From an uncultured Chryseobacterium sp. (GTDB lineage Bacteria > Bacteroidota > Bacteroidia > Flavobacteriales_D > Sanyastnellaceae), in the NCBI GenBank assembly GCA_964430305.1, contig CAYSEX010000003.1:3837-67836 (forward strand): a DNA stretch of 64,000 bases, given 5' to 3'. Each line of letters opens with the position of its first letter. The first letter of the stretch is position 1. A program made the translations under genes and the position numbers. Shown here one piece after another: positions 32,209 through 41,404 of the stretch. Under the pieces are notes generated by a model that saw only the letters and a program-made list of their open reading frames with translations, was not told the origin of the DNA and did no database searches.

Positions 32209-32706
32209 TTATTTTGGGCTATAGTTCGACATGGAGAGTTCTTTAAAGGTTTTCCATCCGTTTTTAGTCTTGAAGCTATCACCAATGTTTAGTACATATT
32301 CGAAACCATTGTATTCAAAAATGACATCGATATAATGAGCGCCCTCTATACCGAATTCATTTCCAGGAATGACTTGAACTGATTTAAAATTGGCTTTGGA
32401 CCAATCAATGTTATAGTTTCCAGCAATACGTTGCACAGATTCCATGGAAAGAACCGCCAATCCCTCCATATTTTTGTTAAGACCAATGGCTTTTCCTCTT
32501 TCAAGATTTTTTTTGTCTTCAGATAAGGTAGATTGATCTATGATATCTCCGTATTCCTCCTCAGTTAAGAAAAGGTTTTTTAATGACTTGTCATCATTTG
32601 ATTTCACAGCATCAAATACCGCCTTTCCAAAATCTTCAGGGGTAGTTGGGGCCGAGTTGCAAGCAAAAAAGAGGGTCGCTGTTAAAATAAAAAAAAGGTT
32701 TTTCAT
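32209..32706 (-). CDS. Hypothetical lipoprotein (165 aa)
   Basis: It has a lipobox (LFFAC). No catalytic motif was recognised. Confidence 0.5.
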   Translation of the reverse strand: MKNLFFILTATLFFACNSAPTTPEDFGKAVFDAVKSNDDKSLKNLFLTEEEYGDIIDQSTLSEDKKNLERGKAIGLNKNMEGLAVLSMESVQRIAGNYNIDWSKANFKSVQVIPGNEFGIEGAHYIDVIFEYNGFEYVLNIGDSFKTKNGWKTFKELSMSNYSPK

Positions 32707-32726
32707 TTTTTGTAGATTTTAGAAAG

Positions 32727-32798
32727 TGGTCCCGTCGCGAATCGAACGCGAATCCTAGGTTCCGGAGACCTATGTAATATCCATTATACTACGGGACC
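32727..32798 (-). tRNA. tRNA-Arg (anticodon CCG)
   Basis: A manual fold works: acceptor GGTCCCG/CGGGACC, anticodon stem TAGGT/ACCTA with loop CTCCGGA, and T-arm TCGCG-TTCGATT-CGCGA. Confidence 0.9.
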
Positions 32799-32810
32799 AA
32801 TCAACAGTCG

Positions 32811-32818
32811 CAAAGATA
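32811..32818 (-). promoter_or_regulatory. -7 box (TAtcTTTG) upstream of tRNA-Arg
   Basis: The reverse complement reads TATCTTTG, 12 nt upstream of the tRNA 5' end. Confidence 0.4.
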
Positions 32819-32837
32819 GTGTTCACAGGTGAAGATT

Positions 32838-33674
32838 TTACTCGACTTTCTTGATAATATCTATAAGTTGAGAACTGAAAATTTTGGATCCATCATCATT
32901 AAGGTGATGGGAGTCATAAAATAATGAGTCATTGTAAACACCAAAATCAAATACGGTTAAATTCAATTCTTTCTCAATTTTATTAAATAATTCAGTTTCA
33001 AATAGAGACACCAGGTCATTAAAACAAGCCCGCTCTGGTCCATCTATAAGTATGACTTTGTTTTTTATTTTCAGCGAGTTTATTAACTCTTTCAGATGTT
33101 GAATTTTGATATCTGTTCTTGATGTCAATTTCGGGTTGTTCAACAGTTTTGTGTGGTATATAGAATCATATTCCCAGTTGTAATCAAATTTTGTGTTGAA
33201 TTTATGATTGAATTTCATTGATCCAGATGGTTGTCTTTCATACTCCCATCGACCAGCCGATTGGTTTAGCATGTCGGTGATTTTATTGTGAATACGAAAG
33301 TTTAGAATATTTTTAATCGATGTAGGTGAATTTTGAATAGACGAGCTGTCGTTGAGCAGAAATATTCTTGAACTTATGTTCAAAACAATAAGATTGTTTT
33401 CGATTTTATGATCTTTCAATGCGACAATATGGTCTAGCGGAAAGGCCCCCCAAGATGATAAATTTACTAATTCAAGATTGTTAGATGTGAAGCATTGGTC
33501 GTCAATTCCAGTTAGCATTTTGGAATCACCTATGATAACAATTTTATTTTGAATATCTTTTTCGGGGTAGTAGTAATAATTAAAACGAGAGTCATTCAAT
33601 AACCAATACCTTGAAACAAGCAGAGCTGCAAGTATTATTGAGAACGGAATTGTTTTGAATAGAAATCGTTTCAT
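32838..33674 (-). CDS. Membrane-anchored SGNH/GDSL-like protein (DltD/AlgJ-X-like partner of the MBOAT)
   Basis: It has an N-terminal TM helix, block I IVIIGDSKM, and a C-terminal DSHHLNDDG (DxxH-like). It follows the MBOAT gene with a 1-nt overlap. Confidence 0.55.
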   Translation of the reverse strand: MKRFLFKTIPFSIILAALLVSRYWLLNDSRFNYYYYPEKDIQNKIVIIGDSKMLTGIDDQCFTSNNLELVNLSSWGAFPLDHIVALKDHKIENNLIVLNISSRIFLLNDSSSIQNSPTSIKNILNFRIHNKITDMLNQSAGRWEYERQPSGSMKFNHKFNTKFDYNWEYDSIYHTKLLNNPKLTSRTDIKIQHLKELINSLKIKNKVILIDGPERACFNDLVSLFETELFNKIEKELNLTVFDFGVYNDSLFYDSHHLNDDGSKIFSSQLIDIIKKVE

Positions 33675-35098
33675 TAGAAGGCAAAATAGATGAATGATTT
33701 TTCTTCACCAAGTCCGAAATCCAATATGATGAAAAAGAGTATGTAAGCTAAAACCGCCCTCATTTTGAGATTTCTTTCGTCACGTCTGAAGTGCCAATCT
33801 CCAAGCAACAATGGGAGTATGTATATGAGAGCAATTTTCCCTCCTGGTGCATTTAAAATTTCATTCGGAGCTTGAACAAGACTTTGACCTATTTTATAGA
33901 TATAATCGAAAGCTATTTGTACACTACTTGCTCGGAAGAATATCCAAGCAAAAGTTACAAAAAAGAAGGTGAGTGTCATTTGACGTATTTCCTTTAAGCT
34001 TGGCAAACTGCTTTTCTCGGCCACAATCTCGGTTAAGTTTTTTTGATTTATGTTCACGAGTTGAAGAGTAAGAAACCCGCAGGCATGTATAAATCCCCAA
34101 ATAATGAAGTTCCAACTAGCGCCATGCCAGAAACCACTGACTAAAAAAATGATGAGGACATTTCGAAATGTTTTTCTTTTGCCCAATTTTGATCCACCCA
34201 AAGGAATGTACACATAATCTCTGAACCATGAGGAAAGTGAAATGTGCCAACGCCTCCAAAATTCAGCAATGTTTCTTGAGAAATAAGGGAATTTGAAATT
34301 GCTCAATAGTTCAAATCCAAACAATTTGGCGGTGCCAATAGCAATATCAGAATAACCAGAGAAGTCACCGTAAATTTGGAAGCTGAAAGCAATGGCACCT
34401 ACAATGAGTGTTGCTGCATTGTGATCGGAATAATGTTGAAAGACCTCATCTGCCAATCCGGCAAGTGAATCTGCGATAACTACTTTTTTGAATAATCCCC
34501 ATAGAATGAGTTTTCCTCCTTCAATGGCCTGCTCATATTTAAATATTCGTGATTTTTGAATTTGAGGTAGTAAGTGATTTGCTCTTTCAATGGGTCCAGC
34601 CACTAAAAGTGGAAAGAAGCTAACAAAAACGGAATAATCAACAATGTTATTTACAGGAGATCTTTGTCCTCTGTAAATATCGAAAACATATGACATCCCA
34701 TGGAATGTGTAAAATGAAATGCCTATGGGAAGAGCTACATGAAGTAGGATGGGATTCATGTGCATACCAAAAAGTTCAAAGCACTCTTGGAGCTGAGCTG
34801 CAAAGAAGTTGTAATATTTGAATATGCCAAGAATGAGCAGGTTATTCAGTATGCTTAACCACAGAAAGAGCTTGGCTCTTTTTCTGTTTGTTGAAGCTAC
34901 CCAAAAACCATAAAAATAATCGAGAGCAGTGCTTAGAAGTAGTAAACACAAAAACTTCCAACTCCACCAAGCATAGAAAAAATAACTTGCTACAAGTACT
35001 AACGCATTTTGCAAACGAAGTGATTTGTTACATACAAACCAATAGAGTGCAAACACCACCGGTAAAAACAGAAAGAATTCAATTGAGTTAAATAGCAC
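33674..35098 (-). CDS. MBOAT-family membrane O-acyltransferase (AlgI/DltB-like)
   Basis: It is polytopic at 474 aa, with FWRRWHISLSSWFRDYVYIPLGGS and the conserved His context FLVSGFWHGASWNF. Confidence 0.85.
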   Translation of the reverse strand: MLFNSIEFFLFLPVVFALYWFVCNKSLRLQNALVLVASYFFYAWWSWKFLCLLLLSTALDYFYGFWVASTNRKRAKLFLWLSILNNLLILGIFKYYNFFAAQLQECFELFGMHMNPILLHVALPIGISFYTFHGMSYVFDIYRGQRSPVNNIVDYSVFVSFFPLLVAGPIERANHLLPQIQKSRIFKYEQAIEGGKLILWGLFKKVVIADSLAGLADEVFQHYSDHNAATLIVGAIAFSFQIYGDFSGYSDIAIGTAKLFGFELLSNFKFPYFSRNIAEFWRRWHISLSSWFRDYVYIPLGGSKLGKRKTFRNVLIIFLVSGFWHGASWNFIIWGFIHACGFLTLQLVNINQKNLTEIVAEKSSLPSLKEIRQMTLTFFFVTFAWIFFRASSVQIAFDYIYKIGQSLVQAPNEILNAPGGKIALIYILPLLLGDWHFRRDERNLKMRAVLAYILFFIILDFGLGEEKSFIYFAF

Positions 35099-35236
35099 TC
35101 AGGTAAAATTTACAAGTTTGTATGAATAATGAGCCTAAAAGTAAGCGATACTCTCACTTTCGGGCATGCGAATATATTGTTCTTTTTTCATTTACATTCC
35201 CATTAGCAAGCATACTTTCAATACAAATGGAAATGT

Positions 35237-35264
35237 AAAAAGCCAGTCAATTGACTGGCTTTTC
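35237..35264 (-). terminator. Rho-independent terminator after tRNA-fMet
   Basis: The stem AGCCAGTCAATTGACTGGCT is followed on the minus strand by TTTTT. Confidence 0.65.
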
Positions 35265-35268
35265 TTAG

Positions 35269-35341
35269 TAGCGGGGACAGGACTCGAACCTGTGGCCTTT
35301 GGGTTATGAGCCCAACGAGCTACCAACTGCTCCACCCCGCA
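35269..35341 (-). tRNA. Initiator tRNA-fMet (anticodon CAT)
   Basis: The sequence tGCGGGGTGGAGCAG...GGGCTCATAACCC... has three G-C pairs closing the anticodon stem and a T:T mismatch at positions 1:72. Both are initiator signatures. Confidence 0.85.
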
Positions 35342-35364
35342 ATATAAAATCCCGATTGGGAGTG

Positions 35365-35372
35365 CAAATATA
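35365..35372 (-). promoter_or_regulatory. -7 box (TAtaTTTG) upstream of tRNA-fMet
   Basis: The reverse complement reads TATATTTG, 23 nt upstream of the tRNA. A TTG lies 21 nt further upstream. Confidence 0.4.
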
Positions 35373-35390
35373 GCTAATTTTGTTCTAGAT

Positions 35391-36305
35391 ATGCAAGAAG
35401 AAAAAAAAGAATTAGAGAATTTGCCAATTCACAAAGCCGGTTTTGTAAACCTCATTGGTAATCCAAATGCCGGGAAATCAACCCTCATGAATGCTTTGTT
35501 AGGAGAGAAACTAAGTATTGTTACTCCGAAGGCGCAGACCACACGACATCGAATTATGGGGATTCTCAATGGAGACGATTACCAAATTGTTTATTCCGAT
35601 ACCCCCGGTGTTCTTGATCCGAAATACAAATTGCATGAGGGAATGATGAAAGCCGTAGGATCAGCTTTGACCGATGCTGATTTGATTTTACTGGTTATAG
35701 ACTTGTCAGACAATACCCCATTCCATGCCGCAACATTGGAGAAGTTAACCAAGGTGAAAATTCCCATTTTTGTTGTGTTGAATAAATACGATTTAGCTGG
35801 AAATGAAGGCGCCAATGAGGCCTTTTCACATTGGCAAACCATTTTACCTGAGGCTAAAATTTTTCCTGTTAGTGCGCTTGAGAATATTCATACGAAGGAA
35901 TTGCTGAACGAAGTCATTGCTGTACTTCCTGCTTCATCACCTTATTTCCCAAAGGATGAACTTTCAGATAAAACCATGAGATTCTTCGCAAGTGAAATTA
36001 TTCGCGAAAAGATTTTTATGTTGTATGAAAGAGAAATTCCATACTCATGTGAAGTATTAATTGAATCATTTAAAGAAGAACCTGATATTACTCGGATTTC
36101 TGCTGTCATATTAACGGAACGCGACTCACAGAAGGGAATCATCATTGGACATCAAGGAAAAATGCTGAAGCGTGTAGGAACAGAAGCCAGAAGAGATTTG
36201 GAAGCATTCCTAGGAAGAAAAGTATTCCTTCAAACGCACGTGAAAGTAGAAAAGTGGAGAAATAATTTAAGAACTTTGACCCAATTGGGATACATGGAGC
36301 AATAA
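35391..36305 (+). CDS. era: GTPase Era
   Basis: It has GNPNAGKSTL, DTPG, NKYD and a C-terminal KH domain (IIGHQGKMLKRVG). Confidence 0.95.
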   Translation: MQEEKKELENLPIHKAGFVNLIGNPNAGKSTLMNALLGEKLSIVTPKAQTTRHRIMGILNGDDYQIVYSDTPGVLDPKYKLHEGMMKAVGSALTDADLILLVIDLSDNTPFHAATLEKLTKVKIPIFVVLNKYDLAGNEGANEAFSHWQTILPEAKIFPVSALENIHTKELLNEVIAVLPASSPYFPKDELSDKTMRFFASEIIREKIFMLYEREIPYSCEVLIESFKEEPDITRISAVILTERDSQKGIIIGHQGKMLKRVGTEARRDLEAFLGRKVFLQTHVKVEKWRNNLRTLTQLGYMEQ

Positions 36306-37141
36306 TGGTTGTTTTTCCAAATGCAAAATTAAATCTAGGCTTGTTTGTTACTGAAAAGCGTACTGACGGATTCCATAATTTGGAATCCTTATTTGTGCCT
36401 ATTCCACTAGCTGACATTTTAGAAATTTTACCAGCGGATGCATTTCAATTGACGGTAACTGGACTTTCCTTTTCTGGTGACTTCACAGATAATATTGTTT
36501 ATAAAGCTTGGAAATTATTGAGCGAAAAGCACAATTGTCCGCCTGTACAGGTGTTTCTCAGAAAAATTATTCCCAATGGAGCGGGAATGGGGGGAGGTTC
36601 ATCAAACGGTGCTTTTATGTTACAAGCATTGAATGATCTATTCCAGTTGAACATAGACAGTGATGATTTACTTGAGTATGCTGCTGAACTGGGAAGTGAT
36701 TGTCCGTTCTTCTTATACAATAGACCAATGCTCGTTACGGGTAGAGGAGAAGTGCTTACGGAAATCAATATTGAATTGGAATCTTGCTGGCTTGTCCTTG
36801 TAAAACCATCTGTTTCGATTTCTACAAAAGAAGCTTTTTCAGGAATTTCTCCAAAAGCTTCAACCATGGATTGGAATGCATTTAATGCAAATCCAGAGTC
36901 AAACTGGAATCGGTTAAGAAACGATTTTGAAAATTCTGTATTCCCGAATCATCATGTACTTCCAAAAATTAAAAAGACACTTCTAGAGTTTGATCCGTTC
37001 TTCTGCTCTATGACTGGGACTGGTAGTACTTTATTTGCACTATATAAAAAAGAGCCTCACATGAGTGAAGCTCTTTTTGAATCTTGTTTCTTTTGGAAGG
37101 GAGAGTATAACTTTACTCACCAGCTGCTTCCGCTTTCTTAA
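36305..37141 (+). CDS. ispE: 4-diphosphocytidyl-2-C-methyl-D-erythritol kinase
   Basis: It has PNAKLNLGLFVTEKRTDGFHNLES and the GHMP kinase motif IPNGAGMGGGSSNGA. Confidence 0.9.
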   Translation: MVVFPNAKLNLGLFVTEKRTDGFHNLESLFVPIPLADILEILPADAFQLTVTGLSFSGDFTDNIVYKAWKLLSEKHNCPPVQVFLRKIIPNGAGMGGGSSNGAFMLQALNDLFQLNIDSDDLLEYAAELGSDCPFFLYNRPMLVTGRGEVLTEINIELESCWLVLVKPSVSISTKEAFSGISPKASTMDWNAFNANPESNWNRLRNDFENSVFPNHHVLPKIKKTLLEFDPFFCSMTGTGSTLFALYKKEPHMSEALFESCFFWKGEYNFTHQLLPLS

Positions 37142-37661
37142 TTTCTTCGTCGATCATCTTTTCAATGGTCTCACGCTCAGCATCAGAAAGTTTTGCGTTT
37201 AACTTAATCTGCTTTTTCATGAAGCGAAACATATCACGTTTGTGTATCTCGTAGGCCATGTATACAGAATATGTACCGTCTTCTTTTTTATATTTCTCTT
37301 CACCAATCTTTCGTAAATCAGCAATCTGAGTATTTGTAACTTCTCTTGCAAGGCTTTGAAATTTATCTGTAATTTCTGATTTGTTGTTTAGTTCTGTTTC
37401 CCCCAAATATTGGTCTGCAACAACTTTAATGTTGGTTTCAACTTGTTGAGCCAATACCTTCTTTGCTTGCAGATCCGCTTTGTTTCGGGCTACGTTTTCA
37501 TCCATACTTTCACCTTTTCCGGTGCCTCTGAAGTATCGGTTGTTCGATTCATATTTATCACCAGTAAATGGTTCTTTAACTTTTGTTCCAAGTGGATTAC
37601 TTGAATTACAAGCAGCTAGTAAAACTAGAGCGATGCTTGAGAATAGGAAAAACTTTTTCAT
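37113..37661 (-). CDS. Hypothetical lipoprotein (182 aa, helical, Lys/Glu-rich)
   Basis: It has a lipobox (LLAAC). Its 3' end overlaps the 3' end of ispE by 29 bp in convergent orientation. Confidence 0.55.
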   Translation of the reverse strand: MKKFFLFSSIALVLLAACNSSNPLGTKVKEPFTGDKYESNNRYFRGTGKGESMDENVARNKADLQAKKVLAQQVETNIKVVADQYLGETELNNKSEITDKFQSLAREVTNTQIADLRKIGEEKYKKEDGTYSVYMAYEIHKRDMFRFMKKQIKLNAKLSDAERETIEKMIDEEIKKAEAAGE

Positions 37662-37714
37662 AAAGTTGCTTTTTGATTTCGTTATAAATATAGTGCCAGA
37701 CTACCAAGAAGCAA

Positions 37715-40225
37715 TTAATAGCTCCATTTTTTTGTGTAGGTATTCCAAAAGCTGATTCCAAACTTCAAGGTGTAATTGGCAGCATCAATATTCGAATCAG
37801 CAGTTACAGCATACAAGCCAAATTTAAAAAGTTGGCGTTTTATTCTGACAGCGCGTTCTAGTCCGACGTATATTTCTTGGTGGTAGAAGTTTTCACTTGG
37901 AATCATGATAAATGCGCCACCTGCAGCCTCCTCTAAGCGCAGTTTATTTACAAGCGGAATTTTGTTTAAAAACATTCCTTTGAAGTGGTGAATGTAATTT
38001 CCTCTGAAATACGAATTGGGGGTTAGAAAGGTTGGTCCCATGAGTTGGAAAGATGAAAGCGGATTAGAGAAAAAGAAGTAGTCAGATCCTCTGAAGTATT
38101 TATACTCTGCAATGCGCAAACTGGCTTTGTTAACAAAAGCACCACCAAGAATTGACCAAGCACCTTCGCCAATGCGTGGAACGTCAAATTCATCTCGTGC
38201 TCCCAATTCTACGTAATCGAAATTAACTTCACTATTCAAAATGTTCGGAATTCCTTTTCTGTATTTGAAAAAGATTTCGGGGTATTTAAATCCTGTTACA
38301 ATTTTTTTGTTTCGTTTGTAATAATACGATTGACCCAATCGAATTTGCATGTCGAGTCGAACTTCAAATTTTCGATATCTAGTAAACGAAATAGGGGAGT
38401 TTACGTCGCCAAAAACTTGACCCGACCAATTGTCTTGAATAAGGTTGTTGATGGGTTTTTGGTCACAATAATCCACCGTCAATTCAGCATACATTCCATT
38501 AACAATTTCCATACGCTGTGCAACGGAGAATTGTTGGTTGCGAACGTAATTGGATCGACTAAAAAAGGTTGTTAGCGATGCATAATCATTCAGCAAATCA
38601 TAATAATCACCAAATCGAATAAACGTTCTTACAAACTTGCGCGGTAGATATGTTAAGCCAACTCCCACTTTACCTCTGACGTCTTTGTTATTGAAACCGT
38701 AGTCTATCATACCATCGGTTTCAAGATAGAAGTCATTTTCGAATTCTTTTGAGAATGCCCCACTGAGGTTATGTCTATATCCACCAATTCCAAAAAAGTT
38801 GAGTTGACCAATGATGGGGGCTATATAATAAGCCGTTCCTGTTTCTCTATTGCGAATACCAATTCCGCTTAATGTTACATCCCAAAATGTTATTTTGTTG
38901 TAAGCCGAATCTATTTTGTCGTAGTAATTGGGTTGGTCCATTTCAAACTGCAAGGAATCTTGCATGAGAATGTGCTTTTTCTCGATTAATTCCAGGGGTA
39001 CAACCTGCTCATTGATCCAGTAGCAAGAATCTCTATATAAAGCATCTTGGGCATAACTCTGAATTTCATTTTTAGCCAAATTGAAACGAACAGTTTGTTC
39101 AAAATCATAGTTGGAATAGGCCACTTTAATTTTACCTAAATACTGACTACGTCCCTCTGTTGCCAGCGTTGTAAGTTCTTTCGATGAAGTGACCCAAGTG
39201 TCTTGTATGGGCATGAATGACTCTTTCCATAGGAAATCTTTGAAGGTATGCATGACAGAATTGTTCATGCTTAACTCAATTTTTCCAATGACAAATGTGG
39301 TGTCTTGAATCCAGAGCGTTCCGTTCAAAGTTGGCTCTTCCTTAAAAAGAGGGGTGCATTTAATTTTATAAAATTTACGGTTATATAAAGAGTCAATTCC
39401 AACCAATTCATATTTGTAATTCAAGAATGCAGTTGGAGATAGTGGTGAGACAATCATTTTATCTGCAAGTTCTTTTTTGCTTAAGTTGTTGTCGAACAAA
39501 TTATAATCTGTAAAATAAAGTGGACTATTCAAGAGGTAAGGATCATCCCAACCAGCAAATTGACTCATAATGCCTTGTTCCCCATACTCGATATTCATTC
39601 CTACGCTTACACCCAATTTATCTTGGTCTACAACATGGTCTTCATATGCTTCCACATGCGCTTGTATGTTGTTTTTGGTGTGATGAATTTGAGCAACAGA
39701 TTCTAATAGGGTTTCAATGGATTTCAATTCTTTCCACGTTTTATTTATTGAATCGGTTGTGTCGCGTATCATGCGCGTAACTTCAAGTGTAGAGCGAGAG
39801 TATACTTTACAATTGTATGTTTCTGTCTTTTTTTCCCAATCTGATCTGTAATTGGAAGCACCTTGAACAAGTCTTTTAATAAATGCTTTTCTGTCAGCAC
39901 TGATTGTAATGGCATTCAATTCACTTGTGTTTTCTTCCAAAAGAATATTCAATTCGACTCTTTTTTCAAGATTGGAATTGACATGTACCAATTTTGATTT
40001 GTAACCCAATAAGCTAAATTGAATATCACATTCCACGGTAGGAACTGAAATGCTATACTCACCTTTATCATTTGTAATAGCTCCTATGGAAGTACCAGGT
40101 ATATATACATTAACCTGATACAGCGGCCTATTTTTAACATCGCTAACAACTCCTTTAACTACAAAAGCCTCCGACTCTGAATAGAGAAAGAGGCTTAAAA
40201 CAGCTAAAAAAAAATGTTTCATCAA
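37715..40225 (-). CDS. Large outer-membrane-type protein with a carboxypeptidase-regulatory-like N-terminal domain (DUF5686-like architecture)
   Basis: After the signal peptide comes VVKGVVSDVKNRPLYQVNVYIPGTSIGAITNDKGEYSISV (CarboxypepD_reg-like). The long C-terminal part is beta-rich. Confidence 0.65.
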   Translation of the reverse strand: MMKHFFLAVLSLFLYSESEAFVVKGVVSDVKNRPLYQVNVYIPGTSIGAITNDKGEYSISVPTVECDIQFSLLGYKSKLVHVNSNLEKRVELNILLEENTSELNAITISADRKAFIKRLVQGASNYRSDWEKKTETYNCKVYSRSTLEVTRMIRDTTDSINKTWKELKSIETLLESVAQIHHTKNNIQAHVEAYEDHVVDQDKLGVSVGMNIEYGEQGIMSQFAGWDDPYLLNSPLYFTDYNLFDNNLSKKELADKMIVSPLSPTAFLNYKYELVGIDSLYNRKFYKIKCTPLFKEEPTLNGTLWIQDTTFVIGKIELSMNNSVMHTFKDFLWKESFMPIQDTWVTSSKELTTLATEGRSQYLGKIKVAYSNYDFEQTVRFNLAKNEIQSYAQDALYRDSCYWINEQVVPLELIEKKHILMQDSLQFEMDQPNYYDKIDSAYNKITFWDVTLSGIGIRNRETGTAYYIAPIIGQLNFFGIGGYRHNLSGAFSKEFENDFYLETDGMIDYGFNNKDVRGKVGVGLTYLPRKFVRTFIRFGDYYDLLNDYASLTTFFSRSNYVRNQQFSVAQRMEIVNGMYAELTVDYCDQKPINNLIQDNWSGQVFGDVNSPISFTRYRKFEVRLDMQIRLGQSYYYKRNKKIVTGFKYPEIFFKYRKGIPNILNSEVNFDYVELGARDEFDVPRIGEGAWSILGGAFVNKASLRIAEYKYFRGSDYFFFSNPLSSFQLMGPTFLTPNSYFRGNYIHHFKGMFLNKIPLVNKLRLEEAAGGAFIMIPSENFYHQEIYVGLERAVRIKRQLFKFGLYAVTADSNIDAANYTLKFGISFWNTYTKKWSY

Positions 40226-40237
40226 TTGGAATGACGT

Positions 40238-41290
40238 TTATTGAAACGGAAGGTTACATGCATTCTTTAATTCTGATGAAGAAAATTGGTCGCCATAGAA
40301 TTCTTTTCGAATATTTCCATTCCATAAGTACAATACACCGGGAGTTTCTTTGTCATTCCCCATGAGATTCCAGAAAGGAATTACATCAATAACCTGATAA
40401 GGATATTTTTTTCCAGCAACTTGAAAGAATTCGTCTATTAAGAAGACTTCTTCATTCATGAAATAAATATACACTCTTGGGAAATTGGGGTCTTTCGATA
40501 ATTCGGTTAGTTGCTTAGCAGCTTCTCGGCAATGTTCGCATCCTGGAACAAAGAAGCATACAATGCGTTTGCCTTTGTTGATTTCCACTTTCGTGTTCTT
40601 GCCATTGATATTGAAAATGTTTAGTGAAGAAAATTTCGATTCAACTTTCGGGGGCTCGGGCACAACTAATTCGGTTGTGACTACTTGGCCACTTGTTGTA
40701 GTATTTAACGTATCAGGTTTGAGTGGTTCTTCTTCTACAATTGGTCCTGTTACAGTATTTCCTGTAGTTGAATTGGGATCAGTAGGTTTAAACGGAAACG
40801 ACATGAACATGAATAGACAGGAAGTAGTAAATAGGAGTAATAAAATTGAAAAGCGATGCTTCATTTCTTGGGTAGGTACTATGCGATAGAGCCAAAAAAG
40901 AAGTCCAATGGTGAAGATATTTTTTGCAAAGGCCTCAAACGGAGTCATGGGTATCATTTGGCCGAAACAGCCGCAGTTTCCATTAAATGGACCAAAAATG
41001 ACCATTTGATAAGCCAGGTGAATGCAGAAAACAAGGAGTAACAGAATAGTTGAAGGAATAACCAATCGTTTTAAAAAGTGTGGCTGAAGAATGGCAATAC
41101 CTAAGGTCAATTCAACGCCAATAATTAATCGAGCAAAATAAGGAGCTGATGACCAATCGGCAAAACCAAGATCTATGAGTTGTTTTTCGAAGGGCCAAAT
41201 TGGAAACATTTTGGCAATTCCTGAAAAGACAAAAAGGCCAAAAATTAAAACACGTAAAGTCCAAGAAATCCAGATTTTTTTATTTTCCAT
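40238..41290 (-). CDS. MauE/DoxX-type membrane domain fused to a thioredoxin-like (CxxC) domain
   Basis: The N-terminal TM domain has four helices and the NCGCFG motif. A Thr/Pro-rich linker follows. The C-terminal domain reads FFVPGCEHCREAAKQL. Confidence 0.7.
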   Translation of the reverse strand: MENKKIWISWTLRVLIFGLFVFSGIAKMFPIWPFEKQLIDLGFADWSSAPYFARLIIGVELTLGIAILQPHFLKRLVIPSTILLLLVFCIHLAYQMVIFGPFNGNCGCFGQMIPMTPFEAFAKNIFTIGLLFWLYRIVPTQEMKHRFSILLLLFTTSCLFMFMSFPFKPTDPNSTTGNTVTGPIVEEEPLKPDTLNTTTSGQVVTTELVVPEPPKVESKFSSLNIFNINGKNTKVEINKGKRIVCFFVPGCEHCREAAKQLTELSKDPNFPRVYIYFMNEEVFLIDEFFQVAGKKYPYQVIDVIPFWNLMGNDKETPGVLYLWNGNIRKEFYGDQFSSSELKNACNLPFQ

Positions 41291-41404
41291 GATTCAAAAT
41301 TAAGGGTTTAATTGAAAACAGGACCGTGTTTTTCTAAAATCGTGCCGTTAACAAGTTTCAATTTCATTTCATTAAATTTTTTCGAAGTCATTTACCTTTC
41401 ACTT

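Noticed and set aside
35135-35240. An 18-aa minus-strand ORF (MKKEQYIRMPESESIAYF, 35135..35191) and a 10-bp-stem hairpin with a 28-nt loop (35191..35239), both upstream of the MBOAT gene. I considered the ORF as a DltX-like leader peptide.
   Set aside because: The ORF is too short to evaluate, has no hydrophobic segment like DltX, and the hairpin has a large loop. I cannot distinguish either from chance without comparative data.
32727-35341. A possible integrated mobile element between the two tRNA genes.
   Set aside because: No integrase, transposase, att-like direct repeat of a tRNA 3' end, or phage gene is visible. Only the AT-richness of one gene hints at foreign origin. It is reported above as a low-to-moderate interest finding rather than called a mobile element.
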